From assembly GCF_055900595.2 (NCBI RefSeq), contig NZ_CM148325.1: DNA of 64,000 bases, one strand, 5' to 3'. Position 1 is the first letter of the stretch. Every line of letters begins with the position of its first letter. The notes below the pieces were generated by a model. The model was not told where the DNA came from, did no database searches, and saw nothing but the letters and a program-made list of their open reading frames with translations. The translations under genes and the position numbers were made by a program. Shown one piece after another: positions 36,567 to 45,983 of the stretch.

Positions 36567-38392
36567 TGAAATTGCAAAAGCAATTACTGGAAGCTGTGGA
36601 GCACAAACAGCTACGCCCGCTGGATGTGCAATTTGCCCTGACCGTGGCGGGAGATGAACATCCTGCCGTCACCCTCGCGGCAGCCCTGTTAAGCCACGAC
36701 GCCGGGGAAGGGCATGTCTGTTTACCGCTCTCACGACTGGAAAATAACGAGGAGTCACATCCGCTGTTAGCAACCTGCGTCAGCGAAATCGGTGAGTTAC
36801 AAAATTGGGAAGAATGCTTGCTGGCTTCACAAGCGGTCAGCCGGGGAGATGAACCAACGCCGATGATCCTCTGTGGTGATCGTCTTTATTTGAATCGCAT
36901 GTGGTGTAACGAGCGCACAGTGGCACGCTTTTTCAACGAAGTGAATCATGCCATTGAGGTTGATGAAGCTCTACTGGCGCAAACCCTGGACAAACTTTTT
37001 CCAGTAAGCGATGAAATTAACTGGCAAAAAGTGGCGGCGGCAGTGGCGCTGACGCGGCGGATCTCGGTGATTTCCGGCGGCCCTGGCACCGGTAAAACGA
37101 CCACCGTAGCGAAGTTGCTGGCAGCGTTAATTCAAATGGCAGACGGCGAACGCTGCCGTATCCGTCTGGCTGCACCAACGGGTAAAGCTGCCGCGCGCTT
37201 AACCGAATCTCTCGGCAAGGCTTTGCGCCAGTTACCGCTGACCGATGAACAAAAGAAACGCATTCCGGAAGATGCCAGCACTTTGCACCGATTGCTGGGT
37301 GCGCAGCCGGGTAGCCAGCGTTTACGTCATCATGCCGGTAACCCGCTGCATCTTGATGTGCTGGTGGTAGATGAAGCGTCAATGATCGATCTGCCTATGA
37401 TGTCGAGACTGATCGACGCCTTGCCCGATCATGCGCGAGTGATCTTTCTCGGCGATCGTGATCAACTGGCCTCGGTTGAGGCTGGGGCTGTGCTGGGCGA
37501 TATCTGCGCTTATGCCAATGCGGGCTTTACCGCAGAGCGTGCCGGGCAGCTAAGCCGCCTGACGGGAAGCCACGTCCCGGCGGGAAGCGGTACGGAAGCG
37601 GCATCTTTGCGCGACAGTCTCTGCCTGCTGCAAAAAAGCTATCGTTTCGGCAGCGATTCTGGCATTGGTCAGTTAGCTGCGGCGATCAACCGTGGTGATA
37701 AAACGGCAGTGAAAACCGTTTTTCAGCAGGATTTTACTGATATCGAAAAACGGCTTTTACAGAGCGGCGAAGACTATATTGCGATGCTTGAGGAGGCTCT
37801 TGCGGGTTACGGGCGTTATCTGGATCTGCTTCAGGCACGTGCCGAGCCGGATTTAATCATTCAGGCGTTCAATGAGTACCAGCTTTTGTGCGCCCTGCGG
37901 GAAGGGCCGTTTGGCGTGGCTGGACTGAATGAGCGAATTGAGCAGTTTATGCAACAGAAGCGCAAAATTCATCGTCATCCGCACTCTCGTTGGTACGAAG
38001 GCCGACCAGTGATGATTGCCCGTAATGACAGCGCGCTTGGGTTGTTTAATGGCGATATCGGTATTGCGCTGGATCGCGGGCAGGGGACGCGCGTCTGGTT
38101 TGCGATGCCGGATGGCAATATTAAGTCTGTGCAACCGAGCCGCCTGCCAGAACACGAAACCACGTGGGCGATGACGGTACATAAATCGCAGGGATCGGAG
38201 TTTGACCATGCGGCGTTGATTTTACCGAGCCAACGCACGCCAGTTGTAACGCGAGAGCTGGTTTACACTGCGGTGACCCGCGCGCGTCGCCGTCTGTCGT
38301 TGTATGCCGATGAGCGCATATTAAGTGCGGCAATCGCCACTCGTACTGAGCGGCGCAGTGGTCTGGCGGCGTTGTTTAGTTCGCGGGAATAA
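36566..38392 (+). CDS. recD: Exodeoxyribonuclease V alpha subunit
   Basis: 608 aa; Walker [10 protein letters not shown]; start ATG overlaps the recB stop (TAATG). Confidence 0.96.
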   Translation: MKLQKQLLEAVEHKQLRPLDVQFALTVAGDEHPAVTLAAALLSHDAGEGHVCLPLSRLENNEESHPLLATCVSEIGELQNWEECLLASQAVSRGDEPTPMILCGDRLYLNRMWCNERTVARFFNEVNHAIEVDEALLAQTLDKLFPVSDEINWQKVAAAVALTRRISVISGGPGTGKTTTVAKLLAALIQMADGERCRIRLAAPTGKAAARLTESLGKALRQLPLTDEQKKRIPEDASTLHRLLGAQPGSQRLRHHAGNPLHLDVLVVDEASMIDLPMMSRLIDALPDHARVIFLGDRDQLASVEAGAVLGDICAYANAGFTAERAGQLSRLTGSHVPAGSGTEAASLRDSLCLLQKSYRFGSDSGIGQLAAAINRGDKTAVKTVFQQDFTDIEKRLLQSGEDYIAMLEEALAGYGRYLDLLQARAEPDLIIQAFNEYQLLCALREGPFGVAGLNERIEQFMQQKRKIHRHPHSRWYEGRPVMIARNDSALGLFNGDIGIALDRGQGTRVWFAMPDGNIKSVQPSRLPEHETTWAMTVHKSQGSEFDHAALILPSQRTPVVTRELVYTAVTRARRRLSLYADERILSAAIATRTERRSGLAALFSSRE

Positions 38393-38401
38393 ACGTGATT
38401 G

Positions 38402-38510
38402 CCTGATGCGATGCATGCGCGTCCTGTCATGCCTCCGGGCATTGCGCATATGCGCATCTGGCGATTTCCGTCGCTTACCCTAAATCCGCCATCAACACCT
38501 TTGATTTGAT
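38402..38510. repeat. Degenerate direct copy of the argA 3' end and flank
   Basis: About 109 bp (cctgatgcgatgcatgcgcg...ccatcaacac) about 85% identical to 38559-38667, which contains the real argA stop. Confidence 0.7.
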
Positions 38511-38546
<36 letters not shown>

Positions 38547-38558
38547 TGAGCGTCAATA

Positions 38559-38667
38559 CCTGATGCGATGCTAGCGTGTTTATCATGCCTCCAGGCATTG
38601 CGCATGTCGCATCTGGCGATTTCCACCACTTACCCCAAATCCGCCATCAACACTTTGGATTTACGCT
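38559..38667. repeat. Second copy of the direct repeat (overlaps the argA 3' coding end)
   Basis: Reverse complement of 38633-38653 encodes the ArgA C-terminus ...VLMADLG followed by the stop codon. Confidence 0.7.
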
Positions 38668-39961
38668 GGTAGTTGTACAACTGCTTTTTGCTCTCGGGCA
38701 GTAAATCAATATCCACCGGGGTAAATCCACGTTCCTGGAACCAGTGAATACTGCGCGTGGTCAGTACAAACAATTTGCTTAATCCGCTTTGCTTCGCCTG
38801 AGCGGCAATGCGCTCCAGCAAAACCTCGCCCCTTGATGAGCTGCGGTAATCCGGGTGAACGGCCACACAGGCCATTTCCCCAATCTTCTCTTCCGGGAAC
38901 GGATAGAGTGCTGCGCAGGCAATAGTCGTGTTATCGCGCTGAATAATAGTGAATTTGTCGATTTCCATCTCCAGTTGCTCGCGAGAACGGCGTACCAGAA
39001 TACCTTGCTGCTCCAGTGGGCGAATCAACTCCAGAATGCCGCCAATATCGTTGATTGTTGCGCGACGAATTTGCTCGGCGCTTTCCATCACAATCTGCGT
39101 ACCGATACCGTCACGTGAGAACAACTCTTGCAACAGCGCGCCATCTTCCTGGTAACTAATTAAATGACAGCGACGTACGCCGCTGCGGCAGGCTTTCACC
39201 GCACCACGCAAAAAGCGCACCGTACCGGAGTTGTAATCGCCTTTCTCTTCCTGAGCTTCTACCCGCGCTTGTGCTTCGTTAGGGAAAAGCTCGGAGACAA
39301 TATCGCCGTCGTCATTAGTGACGCCCTGTGAAGAGCAAAAACCAATCATCTTTTCAGCTTTCAGTTTGATGGCCAGTTGAGTGGCGATCTCTTCCGAGGT
39401 CAGATTAAAGCTCTCGCCAGTGACTGAAACCGCGACCGGCCCCAGCAGCACTATCGCACCGCTGTCCAGTTGACGATGAATCGCATCTTCGTCAATCCGC
39501 CGGATACGCCCGCTATGGCAGTAATCCACACCGTCATCCACGCCCAGCGGCTGGGCAATAATAAAATTGCCACTGACGACGTTGATATGCGCGCCCTGCA
39601 GCGGCGTGTTATTGAGACTCATCGACAGGCGAGCAGTAATGTCCAGTTGCAATGTTCCCGCAGCCTGCTTCACCAGTTCTAGTGTTTTGGCGTCGGTCAC
39701 GCGTATATTTTTGTGATATAGCGGTTCGTGGTGATGCGCTGCCAGATTCGCATCGATCTGCGGGCGCGCTCCATAGACCACGACCAGACGGATGCCGAGG
39801 CTGTGCAGCAACCCGATATCATTAACGATACTGGAGAAATTCTCATGCTCAATGGCTTCACCGCCGAGCATGATGACAAACGTTTTTCCCCGGTGGGTAT
39901 TGATATAAGGAACCGAATGGCGGAATCCCTCGACCAACTCGGTTTTACGTTCCTTCACCAC
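38630..39961 (-). CDS. argA: N-acetylglutamate synthase
   Basis: 443 aa from a GTG start ([33 protein letters not shown]...); amino-acid kinase-like domain plus GNAT domain; the track ORF carries a 24-codon upstream extension. Confidence 0.93.
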   Translation of the reverse strand: MVKERKTELVEGFRHSVPYINTHRGKTFVIMLGGEAIEHENFSSIVNDIGLLHSLGIRLVVVYGARPQIDANLAAHHHEPLYHKNIRVTDAKTLELVKQAAGTLQLDITARLSMSLNNTPLQGAHINVVSGNFIIAQPLGVDDGVDYCHSGRIRRIDEDAIHRQLDSGAIVLLGPVAVSVTGESFNLTSEEIATQLAIKLKAEKMIGFCSSQGVTNDDGDIVSELFPNEAQARVEAQEEKGDYNSGTVRFLRGAVKACRSGVRRCHLISYQEDGALLQELFSRDGIGTQIVMESAEQIRRATINDIGGILELIRPLEQQGILVRRSREQLEMEIDKFTIIQRDNTTIACAALYPFPEEKIGEMACVAVHPDYRSSSRGEVLLERIAAQAKQSGLSKLFVLTTRSIHWFQERGFTPVDIDLLPESKKQLYNYQRKSKVLMADLG

Positions 39962-40191
39962 GGCACACCTCTTTGCATGATTATTCGTAATTATTGTATT
40001 TTTATTCTGTTTTTTCACTGGGTGCAAGTGCAAATTTTACGCATGAGCAACTTTTTTATCAGTAATGCCGTGAATATAAAAAGAATGTTTACCGTTTATT
40101 AGATGACAGATTATGCGTCTTTCGCTAAAGTTTCCGGTCAAATTAGTCGTTTATTTGTTACACAGCTTAGATTTTTTTGCTCGGGAGATGC

Positions 40192-41445
40192 ATGTCGGGA
40201 TCCAACACAGCAATCAGCCGTCGTCGTTTACTGCAAGGCGCGGGTGCCATGTGGCTATTGAGCGTAAGTCAGGTCAGTCTGGCTGCGGTCAGCCAGGTCG
40301 TGGCGGTGCGCGTCTGGCCTGCGTCCAGCTACACCCGTGTGACGGTAGAATCTAATCGTCAGCTGAAATATAAGCAGTTCGCGTTGAGTAACCCTGAACG
40401 CGTGGTGGTGGATATCGAAGATGTAAACCTGAACTCAGTGCTCAAGGGGATGGCGGCACAAATTCGTGCTGATGACCCGTTCATCAAGTCGGCGCGCGTC
40501 GGGCAGTTTGACCCGCAAACCGTGCGGATGGTTTTTGAGTTAAAGCAAAACGTAAAACCGCAGCTGTTTGCCCTTGCTCCGGTCGCCGGGTTTAAAGAGC
40601 GTCTGGTGATGGATCTCTATCCTGCCAATGCTCAGGACATGCAGGACCCGCTGCTGGCGCTGCTGGAGGATTACAATAAAGGCGATCTCGAAAAGCAGGT
40701 GCCGCCTGCGCAGAGTGGCCCGCAGCCAGGCAAAGCAGGGCGCGATCGTCCGATTGTCATTATGCTTGACCCTGGCCATGGCGGCGAAGACTCCGGTGCG
40801 GTGGGGAAATACAAAACGCGTGAAAAAGATGTGGTATTGCAAATTGCCCGCCGTTTGCGCTCTCTGATTGAGAAAGAGGGCAATATGAAAGTTTACATGA
40901 CCCGTAATGAAGACATCTTCATTCCGTTGCAAGTGCGCGTAGCAAAAGCACAGAAACAGCGTGCTGACTTGTTTGTCTCTATTCATGCCGATGCCTTTAC
41001 CAGTCGCCAGCCGAGCGGTTCCTCTGTGTTTGCGCTCTCTACCAAAGGTGCAACCAGTACCGCGGCAAAATATCTGGCGCAAACTCAGAACGCCTCGGAC
41101 TTGATTGGTGGCGTGAGTAAGAGCGGCGACCGTTATGTCGACCATACTATGTTCGATATGGTGCAGTCGCTGACCATTGCCGACAGTCTGAAGTTTGGTA
41201 AAGCTGTGTTGAATAAGCTCGGTAAAATCAACAAGCTGCATAAAAATCAGGTTGAACAAGCCGGGTTTGCCGTGCTGAAAGCGCCTGATATACCCTCCAT
41301 TTTGGTCGAAACGGCGTTTATCAGTAACGTTGAGGAAGAACGTAAACTGAAAACGGCAACCTTCCAGCAGGAAGTTGCGGAATCAATCCTCGCAGGGATA
41401 AAAGCGTATTTTGCCGATGGGGCGACGCTGGCGAGAAGGGGATAA
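40192..41445 (+). CDS. amiC: N-acetylmuramoyl-L-alanine amidase AmiC
   Basis: 417 aa from ATG at 40192 ([23 protein letters not shown]... Tat-type RR signal); gggaga RBS; Amidase_3 catalytic domain. Confidence 0.94.
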
Positions 41446-41613
41446 TGTTTTTATTTATTCAATGAATTTATATTTCGTTGAATAGATAATATTTACCTGA
41501 ATATTAGACGTTGGTTTTGTGACTGATGTCGAATATTTGAATGTCGGCTTGAAAAATAAGCCGACCATCTCTTTAATTAAGCACAATTCCGTGTAATGTA
41601 TATGCATTAGTTA

Positions 41614-41647
41614 ATCATCTTGTAACTGTTAAATCAGGCAAGGCAAT
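41614..41647 (+). promoter_or_regulatory. RAT (ribonucleic antiterminator) element in the operon leader
   Basis: tcatcTTGTaACTGtTAAAtCAGGCAAggCa resembles the SacY/LicT/BglG RAT consensus GGATTGTTACTGATAAAGCAGGCAAAACC; its 3' part overlaps the left arm of the following terminator. Confidence 0.6.
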
Positions 41648-41691
41648 GTTTGAAGTAATTATTACTTCTGACGTGCCTTGCCTTTTTTTTT
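41638..41691 (+). terminator. Leader rho-independent terminator overlapping the RAT
   Basis: Outer stem ggcaaggca/tgccttgcc (41638-41646 and 41674-41682) with an inner stem gaagtaat/attacttc, followed by T9 (41683-41691). Confidence 0.7.
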
Positions 41692-41702
41692 GGAGCTATG
41701 GA

Positions 41703-42527
41703 ATGATCATCGAAAAAGTCATGAACAATAATTGTGTACAGGCATCGATGAATGGACAGGAGGTTATCATTTCTGGGCCTGGCGTCGGTTACAACAAAAA
41801 ATATGGAATGTCGGTCCCTGAGCATCCGGCTAACCGGATTTTTTATGTCAGAAATGAACAAAAAAATAAACTCTACAAATTGATTGAACATGTGGATATT
41901 GAGTATGTTTTTGTTGCCGAAAAAATAGTGCAATATGCGGAGAACAATCTCGAAAAAAATCTCAATCCATCGCTACTATTGATTCTTGCTGATCATATTT
42001 CGAATGCAATATCCCGAGTCGCTTCAGGCATACAAATTAATAATGTTTTCCTTGATGAAATCAAAGCGTTGTACAAAGCAGAGTATGCGATAAGTCGCGA
42101 TGCATTAACTATCATTAATGAGCAATTCAGCGTTCAACTTCCTGATGATGAGATTGGTTTTATAGCATTGCATATTTTAAATAATTATGAAAATTCAGTT
42201 GATTATGAATCAGTACGGATTATTGAGTTGTCGCAAATAATCACGGGGCTTATTGAAGTTGTTTATAACAGAAAGGTGGACAGAAGTTCATTTAATTATT
42301 CCAGGTTCATGATACACCTTAAATATTTTTCAAGTCGCGTATTATGCAATGAAAAAATAAAACAGAAAGATATTGGTGATCTCTATGAACAGTTTCTTGA
42401 GAAAGACATTCTGTTACAGCGCGCAATTCATGAAATTGAAAGGTATTTGTACGCCACTTTTAAATATGAATTGATTTTGGAAGAAAAACTATATCTCTCT
42501 ATTCGCACCAAAGTATTAATGGACTGA
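41703..42527 (+). CDS. BglG/LicT/SacY-family transcriptional antiterminator (CAT domain plus two PRDs)
   Basis: 274 aa from ATG at 41703 (MIIEKVMNNNCVQASMNGQEVIISGPGVGYNKK = CAT RNA-binding domain); conserved His in PRD-like segments (IGFIALHILNN, RFMIHLKYFSS); ggag RBS 7 nt upstream. The track start at 41646 lies inside the terminator hairpin. Confidence 0.8.
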   Translation: MIIEKVMNNNCVQASMNGQEVIISGPGVGYNKKYGMSVPEHPANRIFYVRNEQKNKLYKLIEHVDIEYVFVAEKIVQYAENNLEKNLNPSLLLILADHISNAISRVASGIQINNVFLDEIKALYKAEYAISRDALTIINEQFSVQLPDDEIGFIALHILNNYENSVDYESVRIIELSQIITGLIEVVYNRKVDRSSFNYSRFMIHLKYFSSRVLCNEKIKQKDIGDLYEQFLEKDILLQRAIHEIERYLYATFKYELILEEKLYLSIRTKVLMD

Positions 42528-42558
42528 TTATATATAACATTTATATGAGATAACCCGC

Positions 42559-44139
42559 ATGAAACAAAAGAAAGCCTGGAGTTTTTTTCAGAGCCTGGGA
42601 AAGGCATTTATGTATCCCATCGCTCTGCTAAGTGTATGTGGCATGATGTTAGGGCTAGGAAGTGGTTTAGCCAGCGATGATATGGCAAAATTAATTCCAC
42701 TACTGGCTATTCCCGTAATTAAAACCATTCTTGATTTTATTGTTAGCCTTGGTTTGTTTGCCTTTGTCAATTTACCTGTATTGTTTGCGATAGCTATACC
42801 TCTGGGGTTATTAAAAGAGAAAGAGGATAAAGCCTATGGCGCTTTTTCTGGCTTAATTGGTTTCATGGCGATGCATCTGGGAACGAACTTTTATCTTAAA
42901 CAACATGACTTATTGGTCGCTGCTGATCAAATGTCGACACATGGGCAAACCATTATTCTGGGAATCCAGTCCTACAATACCAGTGTGTTGGGTGGGATTA
43001 TAGCAGGATTATTAGTCGCCAGTATGTATAAAAAGATCGTTAACTTACGTATTCCTGAATCATTAGGATTTTATAGTGGCCCACGCCTGGTGCCTATTAT
43101 TACACTGATTGTGATGAGCGGATTTGGTCTGATCATCCCTTTTATCTGGCCGCCATTTTTCAATCTTTTCATGCTCATTGGCCACTGGATTTCAACTTCC
43201 GGTCCTGTTGGCTATTTTTTCTATGCAGTCGCCGAACGCGTGACGATACCTTTTGGTTTAAATCACCTGGTGACGTCAGTTTTCCGCTTTACCCCCATCG
43301 GCGGATCGGCAGTGATCGGCGGAGAAGAGTATTATGGCACCCTGAACATGTTTATGGCGTACGTCAAAGAGAATGCGGTCATTCCGCTGGATTTGGCGGG
43401 GAAAATGGAACAGGGCAAACTGATGATTCAGTATGGTCTGGCTGGTGCCGCGCTGGCGATGTATCGCACTGCTCATGCTCAAAACAGAAAAGCTATCAAA
43501 GCATTGCTTATTTCCGGGGTGCTTACAGTCATTATTGGCGGCGTCAGCGAACCGATTGAGTTTCTGTTCTTATTTGTCAGTCCACTGCTATTTGTCTTCC
43601 ATGCTTTTATGAATGGATTCGCCAACATGGTCTTGCCATATATGGGCGTGAAGATGGGATTTACTGGCGATCTGATTCAATTTATTAGCTTTGGCGTATT
43701 GCGTGGCACAAGAACAGGTTGGCCAATAGCGGTGTGTGTCGAAGTGGCCTATTTCTTTATTTATTACTTTGTGTTCCGTTGGACTATTCTCAAATTTAAC
43801 CTGATGACGGTAGGCCGTGAAGAGTCCAGTCCTGTCACGCTGAACGCTCATGAGGATACGGCTATAGCGGATATCCCACCGCTTGATAAATCAGAGCTGC
43901 AAGCAGCGGAGCAGATGGTTAAGGCACTTGGTGGTAAAGAGAATATTAAATCCCTGGATAATTGCGTAACTCGTTTACGTTTAACAATCGCAGATATGGG
44001 ATTGATTGACGAGGCAGCAATAAAAAGAGCTGGCGGAATTGCGGTTGTTAAACTTGATCAAAATACCCTACAAGTCATTATCGGTACTAAAGTCATCGCC
44101 TTGCGTCGGGATATGGATAACTACATGGGGATATGCTGA
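42559..44139 (+). CDS. PTS glucose-family EIICB permease (no EIIA domain)
   Basis: 526 aa; about 10 TM segments (EIIC) then a C-terminal EIIB domain with phosphorylatable Cys in NCVTRLRLTIADMGL...AVVKLDQNTLQVIIGTK. Confidence 0.85.
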   Translation: MKQKKAWSFFQSLGKAFMYPIALLSVCGMMLGLGSGLASDDMAKLIPLLAIPVIKTILDFIVSLGLFAFVNLPVLFAIAIPLGLLKEKEDKAYGAFSGLIGFMAMHLGTNFYLKQHDLLVAADQMSTHGQTIILGIQSYNTSVLGGIIAGLLVASMYKKIVNLRIPESLGFYSGPRLVPIITLIVMSGFGLIIPFIWPPFFNLFMLIGHWISTSGPVGYFFYAVAERVTIPFGLNHLVTSVFRFTPIGGSAVIGGEEYYGTLNMFMAYVKENAVIPLDLAGKMEQGKLMIQYGLAGAALAMYRTAHAQNRKAIKALLISGVLTVIIGGVSEPIEFLFLFVSPLLFVFHAFMNGFANMVLPYMGVKMGFTGDLIQFISFGVLRGTRTGWPIAVCVEVAYFFIYYFVFRWTILKFNLMTVGREESSPVTLNAHEDTAIADIPPLDKSELQAAEQMVKALGGKENIKSLDNCVTRLRLTIADMGLIDEAAIKRAGGIAVVKLDQNTLQVIIGTKVIALRRDMDNYMGIC

Positions 44140-45314
44140 TGGATGTTTTTAATACTCCTATTTCCCGCAAAGGAACATATTGTACCCAATGGGACTTTTG
44201 CGAGGACAGATTTGGTGTAAAAGATGTATTACCATTCTCTATTTCAGATATGGATCTTCCGATACCGGAAGCTATCATCAGGGCATTAAAAAAACGTCTG
44301 GAACACCCGATTTTAGGGTACAGCCGTTGGCAGCATGATGACTATCTGAATGCGATAGTCAATTGGTATCATCAACAATATAAAACTGAAATCAAACCAG
44401 AATGGATCACCTATAGCCCAAGCGTGATGTACTCCATTGCTAAAGCAATAGAGTTATTGACATCGCATGGTGATAATATTCTCGTTTTTACACCTGTCTA
44501 TAATGCATTTTTTGATATAATTAAACATAGTGAGAGAAATATTCTGACAGCCTCTTTGATTATAAAAAATGAGGGGGGCTACGCTATCAATTGGCAAGAT
44601 TTTGATCTTAAGATTCAAAGCGCAAAGATGGTGTTATTATGTAATCCTCATAACCCGACAGGAACCGTCTGGTCGGAAGAAGATCTGCATAAAATCGCTG
44701 CAAGCTGTGCAAGACATAATGTCTGGTTATGTTCAGATGAAATTCACAGTGATTTTGTTTTTAATCGTAGCTTTACATCTGCGCTTAAAATAAAAAAAGA
44801 AAAAGTAGTGGTGTTTAATTCGATATCGAAGACATTTAATGTTCCCGCGCTAACAGGATCGTATATGATTTCAACTGACGATAATTTTAATCATAAGTTC
44901 AGAACGATATCAAGATATCGCGATTTTGTAAACTCCCCATCCGTACTGAATATAATTGCAACTATTATTGCCTATAACGAATGTGAGGGATGGTTAAAGT
45001 CATTAAAGGCACATATTGCCTCTAACATTCAATTCACCCAGCAGTATCTGAACGAAAATACTCCAGAATTGATCGTAAGGCCAGCTGATGGTTGCTATTT
45101 TTCGTGGATAGATTGCTCTGCTATTGGTTATCCATTTGATGAATTCTACAGTCGATTAATTCATGAAGGCAAAGTGGGCATTATGGCGGGGAATGTCTAT
45201 GGAACGGAGGGGGAGGGCTACCTTCGTCTGAACCTGGCCTGCGGTCGAGAAAAATTATATATGGGGCTTACGCGTCTTGCGAGTGTAATTAAAAATATTA
45301 ATCAAGGAAAATAA
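44133..45314 (+). CDS. PLP-dependent aminotransferase class I/II, MalY/PatB-like C-S lyase
   Basis: 393 aa; NPHNPTG motif and Schiff-base Lys in NSISKTFN; start overlaps the PTS gene stop (ATGCTGATGGA). Confidence 0.8.
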   Translation: MLMDVFNTPISRKGTYCTQWDFCEDRFGVKDVLPFSISDMDLPIPEAIIRALKKRLEHPILGYSRWQHDDYLNAIVNWYHQQYKTEIKPEWITYSPSVMYSIAKAIELLTSHGDNILVFTPVYNAFFDIIKHSERNILTASLIIKNEGGYAINWQDFDLKIQSAKMVLLCNPHNPTGTVWSEEDLHKIAASCARHNVWLCSDEIHSDFVFNRSFTSALKIKKEKVVVFNSISKTFNVPALTGSYMISTDDNFNHKFRTISRYRDFVNSPSVLNIIATIIAYNECEGWLKSLKAHIASNIQFTQQYLNENTPELIVRPADGCYFSWIDCSAIGYPFDEFYSRLIHEGKVGIMAGNVYGTEGEGYLRLNLACGREKLYMGLTRLASVIKNINQGK

Positions 45315-45316
45315 AA

Positions 45317-45913
45317 ATGAACAGCACGGATCTTATCCATCTCATTAAACATTTTATGCGTAACGAACATAAAGCAGTTGAAGAAGTTATTGATTCCCCC
45401 CTTTCGGAGGTTGCAAATTTAATTAAAGTATTACAGTCTTGTCAGGGGAAAGTTGTTTTTATTGGTGTCGGTAAGTCCGGTATTATTGCCCGAAAACTCG
45501 CCGCAACATTTGCCAGCACTGGAACTCCCTCGTTTTTTGTTCACGGTACTGAAGCCGTACACGGCGATCTTGGGATGGTGGCGAAAGATGATGTTGTTAT
45601 TCTTATTTCAAACAGTGGTGAGACGACAGAAATCCTGGCAACACTACCTAGTCTGAAAAAAATGGGTAATTATTTGATCTCCTTTACCCGCAGTCATCGC
45701 TCATCGCTTGCGATAAGTTGTGATTTATCCGTTGAAATTCCCGTAAAAAGTGAGGCGGATAATTTAGGTTTAGCGCCGTCATGCTCATCAACAGTCGTTC
45801 TGGTTGTTGGTGATGCGGTGGCGCTTGCGCTCTCCGAATTGAAAAAGTTTACTCGTGCTGATTTCGGCTTATATCATCCAGGAGGTGCGCTCGGTATTAA
45901 AGCAAACTCATAA
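45317..45913 (+). CDS. SIS-domain sugar-phosphate isomerase (KdsD/GutQ-like catalytic domain without CBS domains)
   Basis: 198 aa; VVFIGVGKSGIIARKLAATFASTGTPSFFVHGTEAVHGDLGMV...ISNSGET...HPGGALG closely resembles the SIS core of arabinose-5-phosphate isomerases; no C-terminal CBS pair. Confidence 0.8.
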   Translation: MNSTDLIHLIKHFMRNEHKAVEEVIDSPLSEVANLIKVLQSCQGKVVFIGVGKSGIIARKLAATFASTGTPSFFVHGTEAVHGDLGMVAKDDVVILISNSGETTEILATLPSLKKMGNYLISFTRSHRSSLAISCDLSVEIPVKSEADNLGLAPSCSSTVVLVVGDAVALALSELKKFTRADFGLYHPGGALGIKANS

Positions 45914-45983
45914 TTTTAGAATATAAAACAGTAACCGGTCACGCCATCTTTTGGGGTGGCGTTCATTGATGTGAGTGTCAGCT

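Noticed and set aside
41646-41702. Upstream start of the antiterminator ORF (MFEVIITSDVPCLFFWSYG)
   Set aside because: It would begin inside the leader terminator hairpin and T-run. The ATG at 41703 has an RBS and opens directly into the conserved CAT domain.
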